63,946 nt of DNA, filler included, from Octopus bimaculoides (GCF_001194135.2; 7 parts of 6 records of this genome joined end to end with filler, not necessarily neighbours in it); one strand, 5' to 3'. Positions 26,752-39,461 are shown, counted from the first letter of the whole stretch. Notes: generated by a model from the letters alone, not told the origin. Numbers and translations: made by a program.

Positions 26752-27064
26752 ATGAACCGACGTCAACAAATCACTTTCCTCTTCAACTCGCCATTCATAA
26801 TCCTTCTACAATGTGGAAGTGGTGGCAATCATGCCATGATAGATGTAAGCATGTTGTGTGCCTATAACGAGGGTTACCAATATGTAAAATCCCCGCTCAA
26901 CTGCAACCAATTCTACGACTGTCGAAGACAAGAATATACCTTCCGGAAGCTGTATTCATGTCTGGCTGACGAAATATTTGCACAACCAATAGAATTGTGC
27001 GTTATCAAAGATGATGGGGCAATAGAAGCTTATTGTAAGAAGACCATTGATGTACGACTAACTA
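26752..27064 (+). CDS. Exon encoding a chitin-binding type-2 (peritrophin-A/CBM14) domain, possibly secreted
   Basis: Cys spacing C-x14-C-x5-C-x12-C-x12-C-x11-C, with CNQFYDC and CLADEIFAQPIELC, fits the peritrophin-A consensus. Weakly hydrophobic N-terminus after the ATG at 26752. A strong donor A|gtgagt follows at 27065. An alternative phase-1 acceptor at 26842/26843 would give a symmetric 222-bp exon. Confidence 0.7.
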
Positions 27065-27106
27065 GTGAGTACCAACCGACTTATCTATCTATCTATCTAT
27101 CTATCT

Positions 27107-27206
27107 NNNNNNNNNNNNNNNNNNNNNNNNNNNNNNNNNNNNNNNNNNNNTTAATTAATTAANNNNNNNNNNNNNNNNNNNNNNNNNNNNNNNNNNNNNN
27201 NNNNNN
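27107..27206. other. Assembly spacer N44-TTAATTAATTAA-N44 (also at 12117, 21257, 44344, 54027, 62788)
   Basis: An identical 100-bp construct occurs six times, and TTAATTAATTAA has stops in all six frames. It is not biological sequence. Confidence 0.95.
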
Positions 27207-27230
27207 TATATATATATATATATATATATA

Positions 27231-27638
27231 TCTTTTACTCTTTTACTTGTTTCAGTCATTTGACTGCAGCCATGCTGGAGCACCGCCTTTAGTCGAGTAA
27301 ATCGACCCCAGGACTTATTCTTTGTAAGCCTAGTAGTTATTCTATTGGTCTCTTTTGCCAAACTGCTAAGTTACGGGGACATAAACACACCAGCATCGGT
27401 TGTCAAGGGATGTTGGGGGGACAAACAAGATACACAAACATATACACACACACACATATATATATATACATATATACGACAGGCTTCTTTTAGTTTCCGT
27501 CTACCAAATCCACTCACGAGGCTTTGGTCGGCCCAAGGTTATAGTAGAAGACACTTGCCCAAGATGCCACACAGTGGAATGAACCCAGAACCATGTGGTT
27601 GGTAAGCAAGCTACTTACCACACAGCCACTCCTGCGCC
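27231..27638 (-). mobile_element. SINE family A (followed by a + tail half at about 27768-27985)
   Basis: Near-complete reverse copy with an internal microsatellite. Confidence 0.85.
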
Positions 27639-27679
<41 letters not shown>

Positions 27680-27706
27680 ACAGACACACACACACACATG
27701 CACACA

Positions 27707-27744
<38 letters not shown>

Positions 27745-28294
27745 TGCGCATGTGCATGTGCGTGTGTGTTTGTCTTTGCATCTGTGTTCGTCCGCCACCA
27801 CCACATGATGACTAGTTTTGATTTGTTTACATCCCCATAACTTAGCAGTTCAGCAAAAACTTGCAAAAAGAATAAGTACCAGGCTTAGAAGAAAGAAGTT
27901 CAATTTGTCCAACCAAAGTCCTTCAAGTCAGTGTCCCAGCATGGTCACAGTTTAATAACTATAAGAAGTAAAAGATAAAAGAAGTATTGGATGTAGTGGT
28001 AGTTGATAATTTCTTCCCCTGAAAATTGTTTTCTTTGTACCTAAATAAAAAAAATCCCAGTTACTTCAAAGATCTCTATTATCAAGAAAAGCAACACAGA
28101 AATATATAAAACAAGTGTGACTATTGTATTAGATGTAGAAATAAGCAGTACAGTGAATATTTATAAAAGGAGAAAAAAAGATTAAAATGATGAAATTGTT
28201 CATGTTTCTAATATTGTGATTTTATGTTTTATAAAATGTGGCATCAAATGATTTATAAAATGTTTTATAAAATGTGCCGTCAAATAAAATTTAA

Positions 28295-28489
28295 TTAGAG
28301 ATTTTGATTGTTTAAGAGATCAAAGTAAACATCTTTCTTTTTGTCTAGTTCAGTATGTGTTCCAATTTCATGCACTTTACCATTAACTACTACAGCAATT
28401 CTGTCAGAATCCTTAATTGTTGAGAGCCTGTGGGCAACAACTAAACAGGTACGACCACTTCTTGCTTTATCGAGAGCTTCTTGAACAAC
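28295..28489 (-). CDS. ABCB1: ABCB1-like terminal coding exon (H-loop, stop)
   Basis: [64 protein letters not shown] then TAA. Acceptor ccttgtag. Confidence 0.93.
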   Translation of the reverse strand, partial: VVQEALDKARSGRTCLVVAHRLSTIKDSDRIAVVVNGKVHEIGTHTELDKKKDVYFDLLNNQNL

Positions 28490-28635
28490 CTACAAGGAAT
28501 TAATAAATAAAGATATGAAAATGAGTTAAAACAATAAACAAAATAAATATACTTTACAAATAACTAATTTCAGAAATAAATTTATTTTATTAGTTTTCTT
28601 CCTACAAGTATGTAACTATATAGATAAATAGATTG

Positions 28636-28679
<44 letters not shown>

Positions 28680-30989
28680 ATGGATTATTTAGCATAACAA
28701 CTTTTTGATATAAGAACTTACTAATTGATTGTTTAATTTGGTTAACCAAATTAAACAAACAATCGATTAGTTAGTTGAATATGTAACCAATTGACTAAGA
28801 GTGAGGTGTCACTGAATGTCATAATGACTCTCCCTAAACANNNNNNNNNNNNNNNNNNNNNNNNNNNNNNNNNNNNNNNNNNNNNNNNNNNNNNNNNNNN
28901 NNNNNNNNNNNNNNNNNNNNNNNNNNNNNNNNNNNNNNNNNNNNNNNNNATATATATATGTATATATATATATATATATAAACATATATATATATATATA
29001 CATACATACATATGTATGTATGTATGTATGTATAAATATATATAAATTGTCAGTAGTTCATATATCCAAATAAGAAGCACACTCTAAAGCATTAGAGTAT
29101 TAATATATCTTTTAGGAAATCAAAAGTTATGTACGGTCATACAGTGACCATTGGTTTCACACCTATAAAGCACTTAGCAGTATAGGTAACTTGTCATACT
29201 CAAATGGCTGAAGGTACAGAACCTCTCTACAACTAGAGGAAAAAATATGTAATGGTCAGTTGGTTTGTAAACAAAATATATATAAAAAATTAATGTCTGT
29301 GGTGCAGGCAAGATGGGGTTATCTCCCTTACATCAGCTGCAGCTGTGTTGACGTTCTAAGGAGCTGTAACAGGCCTATTCAACAAATAGGGAATTCCAAG
29401 TTTGTAGTAGGAAACGTTTTAGGTGAGGGCATTGACTGAATACTTCTTTTCTCTGGTTTTTAGAAATGTCCTCAAGTCAAACGGGATTTTAGGATTCTTC
29501 CATTTAATTATGTATGCGGTTCCTTCCTCTTTTGAGCACTATACATTGCTGGCCAGGGTACATAATACAGACAGACAAACAGACAGATGTATATGTATAT
29601 ATATNNNNNNNNNNNNNNNNNNNNNNNNNNNNNNNNNNNNNNNNNNNNNNNNNNNNNNNNNNNNNNNNNNNNNNNNNNNNNNNNNNNNNNNNNNNATATA
29701 TAACTTTACATTTAAAATTATCCAACAATGCTGTTTCAGGTATACTAAAACTGTCAGAGATATTTCTTTTACCTGTTGAAAACATTATAGCTCAGTTAGT
29801 AGAGCAGAGGAGTGTAGTGGCGTTATATACATGTCATCCTTAGTTTGGTGGTTTGAATCTGTCTTACAAGATCACTTTATGTAGTAGAACTATATTTTTG
29901 GAAGCAGTCTTCCATTTCCTATATAAATTGATTTAATGCTCAATATCCATGTTTTTTTTTATATACAGTGATGTGGTATTAGCAGAAAAGTGTATGGGTG
30001 TATTAAATGAAATACTAAAGATAGAAGAATGTATGTTATATCATTTATTCTAATTTTAAAGCAGAGCTTTGCAACAAATAGGAACTTATTGCATGATGTC
30101 TACTGTTGAAAGCAAACAAAAGGTGAATTGGTTTCAAATTTTGGTAAAAGGCTAGCAGTTTTGAAGAAGAGGCTTAGTGGGTTACATCAACCCCAGTGCT
30201 CAACAAATGCATCCATCCTTTAGACAGTTTAAGTTGCTTTGATAATTTTTTTTTTTTTTTTTTGCCAAATAATTGACCTACCAAGAAGGTTTATGAGTAG
30301 CATGGCAATCTATGTTTCCGATTAACCTAAGAATGGAAAATCAAATTGAAGGCTGGTTATTGTGGAGGTTGTTGCACGTTAATGATCATAGAACATATAA
30401 GTTTGCAAGTGATGCAAAGTAGAGCTACTGAAGTGTTTTGGGAGTAGATTACGGATAATGACTACAAAATATAATTGTTTTACATGAAAGTGAAATTTCA
30501 TGTCAGGTGTAATGAAATTGGAGGAAGACGTTGAAACTTCCCCTCTACAAGTTTATTCTTTTCAACAGCAAAGGGAGCTATTTTTTCAGGAAGATAAGCT
30601 AACAAAAGCCCCTTTATTCTGTCTTCCCACATAGCCTGCACATAAACTAACCACGAGTGCTGCATAAAGTTAAATTGGTGTGGAGCTTTCTGAAAGATAT
30701 GTATAGTTTTCGCTAGTGGAAGCAAAACACTTATTTAAAGGTTGATTCTTTGGGACAAATCATATGTGATTGTTTAGAAAAGGCTAGAACGACAACGCTA
30801 AAATGTATTTAAAACAATGGACAACAGTGGAAATATAATGGATGGGTAAATAAGCATCCTTAAAGTGAAACAACGTATTGATAGGTAAACAAAGGTATCA
30901 ACAAATAGGAGAGAGAGACTGAAACAAGTAAAAGAAAGTTAGTCATTATACACACACATACTGTGATTTATATATACTAGATTAATTAC

Positions 30990-31136
30990 CTTTTCACTTT
31001 CAGTATCAAGAGCTGATGTTGCCTCGTCCAAAAGCAATATTTTGGGATTTCTTATCAGTGCACGAGCAATAGCAATTCGCTGTTTCTGTCCACCACTTAG
31101 CTGTGATCCTTTCCCTCCAGCTTTAGTTGCATAACC
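30990..31136 (-). CDS. ABCB1: ABCB1-like NBD2 exon (147 bp; signature, Walker B, D-loop)
   Basis: [49 protein letters not shown] (LSGGQ, ILLLDE, SALD). Acceptor tttttag, donor gtaatt. Confidence 0.95.
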
Positions 31137-31564
31137 CTAAAAATGAAAAAAAACAAAATAAATAAATATTAAAAAATTAATTAAATTATATTAAAAGCAA
31201 AAAAAAAACTATCTCCATTGACTCATCATTATTAATCATGTTTTTTTTATTCAGGCATTTAATAAATTGGATCAACATTTCCTTCCTCTATATGATTATT
31301 CCCCGCTATTTGGAAATATTTCATGTAAACTGTCCATTGTTTACAATGAACATATGACCTAACATGATAGTTGTAACTGGGTGTCATTGCTATAAAAGTA
31401 CTGTCTTTATTTCCAATATTCTACAGAAACATAACTGGCCTTGGGGACAATGTTTGGAAACATGTAACATTTGTTGACAGAAAGGGCATCCAGCTGTAGA
31501 AAATCTACTTTAATGAACTCCATTTGACCCTTGCAAACATTGAAATGTGGGCATTATAATGACA

Positions 31565-31611
<47 letters not shown>

Positions 31612-31617
31612 GATATC

Positions 31618-32180
31618 TCCATAAGATGTACCCAGTGTAAGCTATGGACACATAAGAGGTGCAGCAACATCAAAAGGAGATTAACCAGAAAGATAGCTCT
31701 CGTGTGCAGCAGATGCACAGGGCAATAAACATCACAGATGCTCAGAAAACAGATTCCATCACATGCCAGGGGAAGAAACTAGAAGTAGTTGATAGCTTCT
31801 GCTACCTAGGTGACCAAGTCTGTAGTGGGGGGTGGATGCTCAGAGAGTGTTACCACTAGAATAAGAATAACTGGGGCAAAGTTCAGAAAGCTTCTACCCC
31901 TACTGGTGACAAAGGGCCTCTCACTCAGAGTGAAAGGTAGATTGTATGATGCATGTGTGCAAACTGCCATGCTTCACGGTAGTGAAACATGGGCCGTGAC
32001 TGCTGAAGACATGTGTAGGCTCAAAAGAAATGAAGCTAGTATGATCTGCTGGATGTGTAATGTCAGTGTGCACATACGACAGAGTGTAAGCGCCCTGAGA
32101 GAAATGTTGGACATAAGAAGCATTGGATGTGGTGTGCAAGAGAGATGTGTGCATTGGTATGGTCATGTGTTATGTATGAA
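31618..32180 (+). mobile_element. RTE-type LINE, C-terminal ORF fragment (antisense in ABCB intron)
   Basis: SIRCTQCKLWTHKRC..LEVVDSFCYLGD..KGRLYDACVQTAMLHGSETWAVT..WYGHV, with a frameshift. Confidence 0.85.
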
Positions 32181-32414
32181 TATATATATATAAAAGATAA
32201 ACAAGAGTGAAAAAACTACAGAAGGCTTGTGTTACATGGTTAAAGTATATATTTAAATTGTTATGTCAGAAAAATGTTATAAAATTTTGGGTATAGAAAC
32301 ATTGTATTTGGAGAAATNNNNNNNNNNNNNNNNNNNNNNNNNNNNNNNNNNNNNNNNNNNNNNNNNNNNNNNNNNNNNNNNNNNTATATATATGCATATT
32401 TATATATACATATA

Positions 32415-32971
32415 CAGGGTTATTCAAAAAGAAAGACCAGGTTTTTAATTTATTTTTAAAAACAAACAGTAAGAGACACAAACACATTCTACATATTTCT
32501 TGATAGGGGAAGGTTTAAAGTTTATTTTGAGGTAGTATGCACTCAACATGAGCACCATGTGTTGCTCAACAAACATCGAAACATCAAAACCTTTTTCTGT
32601 GAAATTTTTATGCCTTTCATAAATTTGCTTGTGATGAGGTGGCTTTTTATTGAATTGGCAGTGAAATTCACATTGCACTTGCACAATCGATTCGTACTTC
32701 TCAAACTGCAGCACACAAAAAAAACTCTTCTTGTGGCGTCGCCATTTTCTAAGGGATTACACAAATGAAAATTATACAACTATGAATAAAATGAACAAAA
32801 TGAAACATTAAAACAAAATTAAGATATTTTATTTAAGGCTTAATTCAATTGATTATGTGCAGCTATAAACTTTAAACCTTCCCTTATCAAGAAATATGTA
32901 GAATGTGTTTGTGTCTGTTACTGTTTGTTTTAAAAATAAATTTGAAATCTCTTTCTTTTTGAATAACCCTG
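32415..32971 (-). mobile_element. Tc1/mariner-superfamily deletion derivative with long TIRs
   Basis: Imperfect TIRs of about 105-110 bp start CAGGGTTATTCAAAAAGAAAGA, with TA on the left. The interior encodes a frameshifted N-terminal HTH (MATPQE..CVLQFEKYESIVQVQCEFHCQFNKKPPHHKQIYERHKNFTEKG), ATG at 32745. Confidence 0.85.
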
Positions 32972-32986
32972 ATATATCTACACATG

Positions 32987-33018
<32 letters not shown>

Positions 33019-33025
33019 CGTATAC

Positions 33026-33292
33026 AGTCTGTCAGATACTGGCCATGATGAATACCACAAGGTATTGAAAATACGTATTCGCCTTTATATATTTAATCCT
33101 TTATATTGAACACTCAATATTTCATATATTCAGTAAGACATATTCCATATATTCAATAAGACATTCAATACTTCATTTCATTGTACCATCCATTTTTATA
33201 TTATATATTATATATTCCATATTCTATATCCCACATTAATTTTACAAGAATATAAATAAAACATAAAAAACAGACAGAGCTGGAACTCTTTT
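33026..33292 (+). mobile_element. Hammerhead-bearing short repeat, family H2 (Penelope-like terminal repeat/retrozyme-like)
   Basis: About 270 bp, homologous in opposite orientation to 51125-51400. Both copies begin at gtctgtca just upstream of the hammerhead and end near ggaactctttt. Confidence 0.6.
33041..33083 (+). ncRNA. Variant-core minimal hammerhead, family H2
   Basis: GGC-CATGATGA-ATACC acaa GGTAT t-GAAAA-TACGTA-TTC-GCC. Stem III is the palindrome AATACGTATT and the triplet is UUC. Lies in an ABCB intron, antisense to the gene. Confidence 0.55.
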
Positions 33293-34159
33293 AAATAAAA
33301 TAATATATTCCTCTATACACGATCATACAAAACCCTTTTTTTGTATTTACTTTTACNNNNNNNNNNNNNNNNNNNNNNNNNNNNNNNNNNNNNNNNNNNN
33401 NNNNNNNNNNNNNNNNNNNNNNNNNNNNNNNNNNNNNNNNNNNNNNNNNNNNNNNNNNNNNNNNNNNNNNNNNNNNNNNNNNNNNNNNNNNNNNNNNNNN
33501 NNNNNNNNNNNNNNNNNNNNNNNNNNNNNNNNNNNNNNNNNNNNNNNNNNNNNNNNNNNNNNNNNNNNNNNNNNNNNNNNNNNNNNNNNNNNNNNNNNNN
33601 NNNNNNNNNNNNNNNNNNNNNNNNNNNNNNNNNNNNNNNNNNNNNNNNNNNNNNNNNNNNNNNNNNNNNNNNNNNNNNNNNNNNNNNNNNNATATATATA
33701 TATATATACATATATACATATATACATATACACAATTATGTACATATATATATATAGAGAGAGAGAGAAAGAGAGAGAGGGGGGAGAAAGAGAGAGAGAG
33801 AGAGAAAAAGAGAGAGAGAGAGAGAGAAAGAGTGAGAGAGAGAGAAAGAGAGAGAAAGAGTGAGAGAGAGAGAAAGAGAGAGAGAGAAAGTGAGAGAGAG
33901 AGAAAGAGAGAGAGAGAGAAAGCGAGGGATATTATATTATATTATATTATACTATATTTAATAACAGTTGGACTCAGCTTTGTATTGCCTAAAGTTCGAT
34001 GGGCATGCAACACATATCCACCTTGTCAATTGTTTGTTTAGGCCTAAACAACTGGAATCTGAATTTCTGTTAAACTCTCTATTCCATCTCTAAACATCTG
34101 TTATTAAATGCAACTCCAACAAAATAAATGTGTTTAATGCTACTTTCATTTGCTCACTT

Positions 34160-34225
<66 letters not shown>

Positions 34226-34779
34226 ATGCGCACATACACACGCACACATATATGTATAAGTCTCACCACACATATGTATCTAGTCTCACAAAGTTAGAAA
34301 ATAAGAGGATATTGATGCCATTGTTGTTGCTATAGAAGATAAAAGAATTTTAAAAAAATATTGTTGGAAGCATTAATGCAAATCAATGTGTCTAATACTC
34401 TTCTCTTTTCTATTTTCTGTTATACAAATAAGTATCTAAATTCGATGTTCTCTCAATGCATTCAATAATTTTTTCATTAGAGAATATCATGTGACAGTGT
34501 TTATACAAAATGTTTATATTATTTCTTTAAAAAGAAGAGAGAAGCCATAGAGTGTTCTTCTCATTTATTAAAAGTCAGAAAAAAAAACCACAGAGAACGA
34601 ATGAAGTGGGATTGGAGTTGGCATTCTATTTTCAGAAACAAGGACAGATAAGGTATGTGACAGAATTATTAAACAAGAACAGCCACAAGCAAAACAGGTA
34701 TGGTAGTTACTTCTGCATATGAATTATATTAAGGACTAGCAGATAAACAGGTTTGTTTTAATGAGGCCCTTCTACAGAC

Positions 34780-35330
34780 TATTTCAGTAACTGACGACAA
34801 CAACTTCATTAGCACAAACGGTGACTCTAATGGACATATCAAACAAAACCATAACGGTGTAGCTTCAACACAAGAAATGAAAAGGGATCAAGATTCCTGG
34901 AATTCTCTAATGTAAATGATCTCACAATTGGCAACACAATCTTCTGGAAATCACTTACCAATCAAGTGAGCACACAAGCCAAATGGATTTTATTATCACT
35001 GGTAAACAGATAGGGAGATGATTCTAAATGCTAGGTCTCTCAGTCTTTCCCACGTAAATAATGTACCTTCCATCATAAATTAGTGGTTAGCAACTTCAAA
35101 ATAAGAGTTACTCTGAATCAGGGACAAAATACGATTTGCAAGAAGACCTGTGAGTTGAAAGAGTCTTTCTTTGGTCATAGGTTCAGAGAAGTATTGAGTG
35201 ACATTTATGACAATAGAGAGAAAGAGATAAGATTTATAACATAGAGCAAAACTAGCTGCTTTTATAGAATAAACTACTGGGAGGTACAGACCAAACCTGT
35301 GATATGGGGTAAACAACTTTACTGGAAGCA
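34780..35330 (+). mobile_element. Degraded RTE-type LINE endonuclease-region fragment
   Basis: Disrupted frames give NGDSNGHI..RNEKGSRFLEFSNVNDLTIGNTIF, like the GDFNGHVG..RN..G..EF..NT.F motif of AP-endonuclease LINE domains. Confidence 0.6.
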
Positions 35331-35490
35331 AATTCAGTAGAGATAGGCTGATCAAGTTAGTGACAGTGAAATGAAGCAAGCTGCAAACAAATTAGGTACA
35401 GGTGAAGTATATAAATACCTTTTCTCTTGGGATCAAACCAAAATTAAGGTGTTCATTTGAATGAAACATTCAGTACACTAATATAAAAAT

Positions 35491-35745
35491 ATAAGTAAAT
35501 GCGCCCTTTTAAAGCCTAGCCAGGCTCATGGGCGCGGTTTCCCAGTTTCAATGGCGTATGTGTTCCCCAGCTGGACGGGACACCAATCCATCGCAGTGTT
35601 ACTCATTTTTGCCAGCTGAGTGGACTGGGGCAATGCGAAATGAAGTGTTTTGCTCAAGAACACAACACGTCGCCCGATCCAGGAATCGAAACCACAATCT
35701 TACAGTCATGGTGTTGATACCCTAACCACTAGGCTACACGCCTCC
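35491..35745 (-). mobile_element. SINE with family C head and a different tail (CpG-rich, young)
   Basis: Head plus ttgctcaagaacac and cagctgagtggactgg core, with a distinct 3' region. Confidence 0.8.
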
Positions 35746-36761
35746 ACACACTAATATAATTACATTTTTTTTGTGTCTTTGGTCAGTTAGTGTTATTTCC
35801 TATTTGCTACTATCTAGAAATCAAAGGAAATGACTACTATTCCCTTCAGACTTTGCTTTTGTGATCTGGACATTAGTGTTTTGACACTGACCTATTTTCC
35901 ATCACATTTCAGATAGATTCAGTATTGAATTACTGAAGCAGAAATATCATTATAGCAAATATTCTGCTCAATACCACAGATTTGCTTGTCAATTGCTTGG
36001 CTTTATCAACTTGAGCACGTCCCTCAGTAGCTGACAATATGGGCATCTCTGATCATGAGCAGGAGTAGTAGGTGAGCATCATAGCCATGTGTTGAGAGGA
36101 ATTCTTTGGGGTTTGAAGAAATGTAACAACAATGAAGTTTGAAGGAAAAATTAACAATTTTTCATACTTTCTAGGGGTAAGCAAATAGGAAATAAGAGTT
36201 GCTACCCAAGGACAAAAATTGTTACACAGTGTTATACAGAGAGAACTTAGAAACATAAGACAGAAGCAATAGACATTACCTTGTAGTAAACTATAATTTC
36301 AAATCGATAATTTGGAAATTACAATAGATAAAGCAAAACTAGATATAAAAACATAGAAACTATTATCAATTCAGACTACTTTGCATAAACATAACATACA
36401 TACTGCATATATATCTCTAAATAGAATATGGAAACATAACTTGTACAACTAGAGATGGTTTATAATGTCTTTAAAATTAAACTTGACACCTGAAATATTC
36501 AAGATACTCTCTTACACGGCTGCATAATATGGCAAGATGATAAATGTTATGTTCACAAAGCAGCACAAAAAATAATAAAAAGAAATAGGTGCTTTTACTA
36601 AACAACTTTACATATAAATACTAAAAGACGCACACGTAATTATGACATCAAAAGAACTAGAGATGAAATTGAAATACTAAGAAGAAACTGCAAAGAAAAA
36701 TAAATGGATGAGCATTAAAAACCCACTCCATGTTCAATTCCTAAAACAATTAGAAAAACAT

Positions 36762-37280
36762 GCATGGTTGTGTGGTTAAGAAGCTAGCTTTGCAACCATG
36801 TGGTTTGAGGTTCAGTCCTACTGTTTGGCATCTTGGGCAAGTATCTTCTAGTATAACCCTAGTCTGATCAATGCCTTATGAGTGAATTTGGTAGATATAA
36901 ACTGTGTGGAAGCCCATTATATGTGTATGCGTATAGAGTAAATATATATATATATATATATATAACTTTTACTTGTTTCAGTCATTAGACTGTGGTCATG
37001 GTAGGGGCACCACCTTGAATTTTTAGTCGAATGAATCAACCCCAGTGCTTATTTTTTAAGCCTAATACTCATTCTAACGGGGTTTTTTTTAATGCTGAAC
37101 CAGTAAGTTATGGGGGTGTAAACACACCAACATGGATTGTCAAGTGGTGATGGGGGATAAACACAGACACACACATACATATATACACATACATATATAA
37201 TAGGCTTCTGAGGTTAATTTGTTCAACTAAACCCTTCAAGGTAGTGCCCCAGCAAAACTGAAACAAATAAAAGATAAAAG
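36762..37280. mobile_element. Cluster of CpG-decayed SINE family A pieces (+ head, - body, + tail)
   Basis: Homologous to other family A copies; the gaagcccgtcg motif is decayed to gaagcccatta and gaagcctatta. Confidence 0.75.
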
Positions 37281-37789
37281 ACGACAAACAACAGAACTTT
37301 ATCTGACTTCAGGGTTTTCAACTAAAAGAAATGATTAAAAGCTTGACATTTGCTGTTTAATGCAGTACCTCCCAACAAGACAGCCAGTAATATATACTGA
37401 AGAGTAATTCAGTAATATATACTGAATTCTGCATATGTAGGCTATTTGATGTGACTGTTGGTTACATCTTCACTGAATGCTGTACACTCACCATTTCAGA
37501 ATATATCAAAAGATATGACAGTGGATAGCTATCTCCACTGGTTAATAATATAAAGAAATGAAGGCTTCAACAGTTGGTAAATTGTGCAACAACCCCCACA
37601 GTTGTGAACAACAAAACTAGATATGTTAATATATAGAGAGATTAGGATATAAGAGAGAACTGTTCAGATAATGATTGAAAAGACAAAAATATCTAAATAC
37701 TTCCATGTGTATGACTTGCTCAAAAGACAATAACAATGAAGGAATCATAAAATTCTCCAAATATAAAAGAAAAGCAAATAAGGAAATTT

Positions 37790-37978
37790 TGGCACAGGGC
37801 CAGTTGTTCTGGGGGGAGGGTAAGTTGATTACATCTACCTTGGTACTTAACTGGTAGTTATTACATTGACCCTGAAAGGATGAAAGGCAAAGTCAATCTC
37901 ATAGGAATTTGAACTCAGAACATAAAGACAGATGAAATGTTGCTAAACATTTTGTCAAGTGTGCCAACAGTTCTGCTG
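37790..37978 (-). mobile_element. SINE family B, CpG-decayed
   Basis: gaccctgaaaggatgaaaggcaaagtc..gaatttgaactcagaac. Confidence 0.75.
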
Positions 37979-37980
37979 GC

Positions 37981-38082
37981 TCATCATCATCATCATCATC
38001 GTTTAACGTCCGCTTTCCATGCTAGCATGGGTTGGACGATTTGACTGAGGACTGGTGAACCAGATGGCTACACCAGGCTCAA
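37981..38082 (-). mobile_element. Probable LINE/SINE 3' end with (GAT)n tail
   Basis: A (CAT)n run is followed by gtttaacgtccgctttccatgctagcatgggttggacg, abutting a SINE head. Classification is inferred. Confidence 0.4.
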
Positions 38083-38650
38083 GATAAGGAAATAATGAAG
38101 GTGTGTAATGGATAAAAAAAATCATACTCTTCACCATTAGACAAACTATTAATTGAAGCATATTATAAACATACCATTGAAGAATTGCCAAGTAAACCCT
38201 TTACATGTGAAGTCTGGATGATAGTTCCTCTATTTTTCATAACAAATTATCAGTGAAATTTTAAAATGATGGAAGGCTTATAATCATAACTCATTTCAAC
38301 CTTTAAGTTACAGAACAGTTTTGATAGAGTAGAGTAATCAGACTCTAAACAAGATCAGGTAATAACAATTAGAATTTTATTATACAACAATGAAAAATTG
38401 TAAATTTAAACTGCACCAAAGAAAATAAAAAGTGAATGATGTTCTATTAAATGAAAATCAAAAGATATGATGCTACTGAACATTGAAGTATGGATAAAAT
38501 CTTGATTATGAAGGAATCAGAATTAAGGGATATAAAACCCACTTTATCTAAAAGAGCTTAAAGCAATGAAAGTTTAGTAGAAAGATAAAATCCTACAAAA
38601 CTAACCCTTTGACAATGTAGATTAAAAGAAGCAATGGATGGCTAATTGAA

Positions 38651-39191
38651 CCCTTTAGCATTTAAACTGGCCATAATAAACTGGCGCAAATATTCTACCT
38701 ATTCTAAGTTCAAACTGGCCAAACCTTACCTCCCACACCTACCTTATAATATCATTCTAAAGATAAACAATAACATCATCAACATCTTTAAGTTGTGAGA
38801 TAATATATGATTAATTCAAAAGAATGGGAATAAATAAGCATTACATCTGACAGAGTGAAGGCGCATGGCTTAGTGGTTAGGGTAATTGGCTCGCGATCGT
38901 AGGGTCATAAGTTCAATTCCCAGCAGCGTGTTATGTCCTTGAACAAGATACTTTATTTCACATTGCTCCAGTTCACCCAGCTGGCAAAAATGAGTTGTAT
39001 CTGTAATTCAAAGGACCAGTCTTGTCACATTCTGTGTCATGCTGAATCTCCCTGAGAAATACGTTAAGGACACACATATTTGCAGAGTGCTCAGCCACTT
39101 GCACATTAATTTCACAAGCAGGCTGTCCCATTGATCAGATCAACTGAAACCTTGTTGTTGCAACCAACAGAGTAATCTGAATGCTAAAGGG
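38651..39191. mobile_element. piggyBac-type MITE interrupted by a SINE
   Basis: tgaa|CCCTTTAGCATT...AATGCTAAAGGG|TTAA. An uninterrupted relative lies at 19571-19778. Confidence 0.8.
38857..39167 (+). mobile_element. tRNA-derived SINE family C nested in a piggyBac MITE
   Basis: Head gaaggcgcatggcttagtggttagggt..gttcaattccc. Flanking direct repeat ACAGAGT (38850-38856 and 39167-39173). Confidence 0.85.
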
Positions 39192-39254
39192 TTAAGATCC
39201 AATAATCATTACTATAATCCTCATTATAGTAATAAAATAAGCAAATACACTTAC

Positions 39255-39461
39255 CTCAGGTAGAGACTGTACAAATGAGTGAATGTTTGCTTGTTGAGCA
39301 GCATTGGTAATTTCATCAAATGTCACACTTCGTGACAAATCTCCATAAGCAATATTTTCTTCAATTGAGCAGGAAAATAGAACTGGTTCTTGAGAGACAA
39401 TGGCAATCTGTTGACGAAGCCATGAAGTATTCAGTTCCTTTAGATTTATGCTGTCTAGAAA
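39255..39461 (-). CDS. ABCB1: ABCB1-like NBD2 exon (207 bp; Q-loop)
   Basis: [69 protein letters not shown]. Acceptor catttcag, donor gtaagt; in frame with neighbouring exons. Absent from the supplied ORF track. Confidence 0.93.

Noticed and set aside
28000-28294. ABCB polyadenylation signal
   Set aside because: No canonical AATAAA was seen on the minus strand before the SINE, so the 3' end cannot be placed.
38857-38930. tRNA genes at SINE heads (also 23325, 45150, 35680)
   Set aside because: A/B-box-like motifs are present, but there is no complete cloverleaf and they continue directly into SINE bodies.
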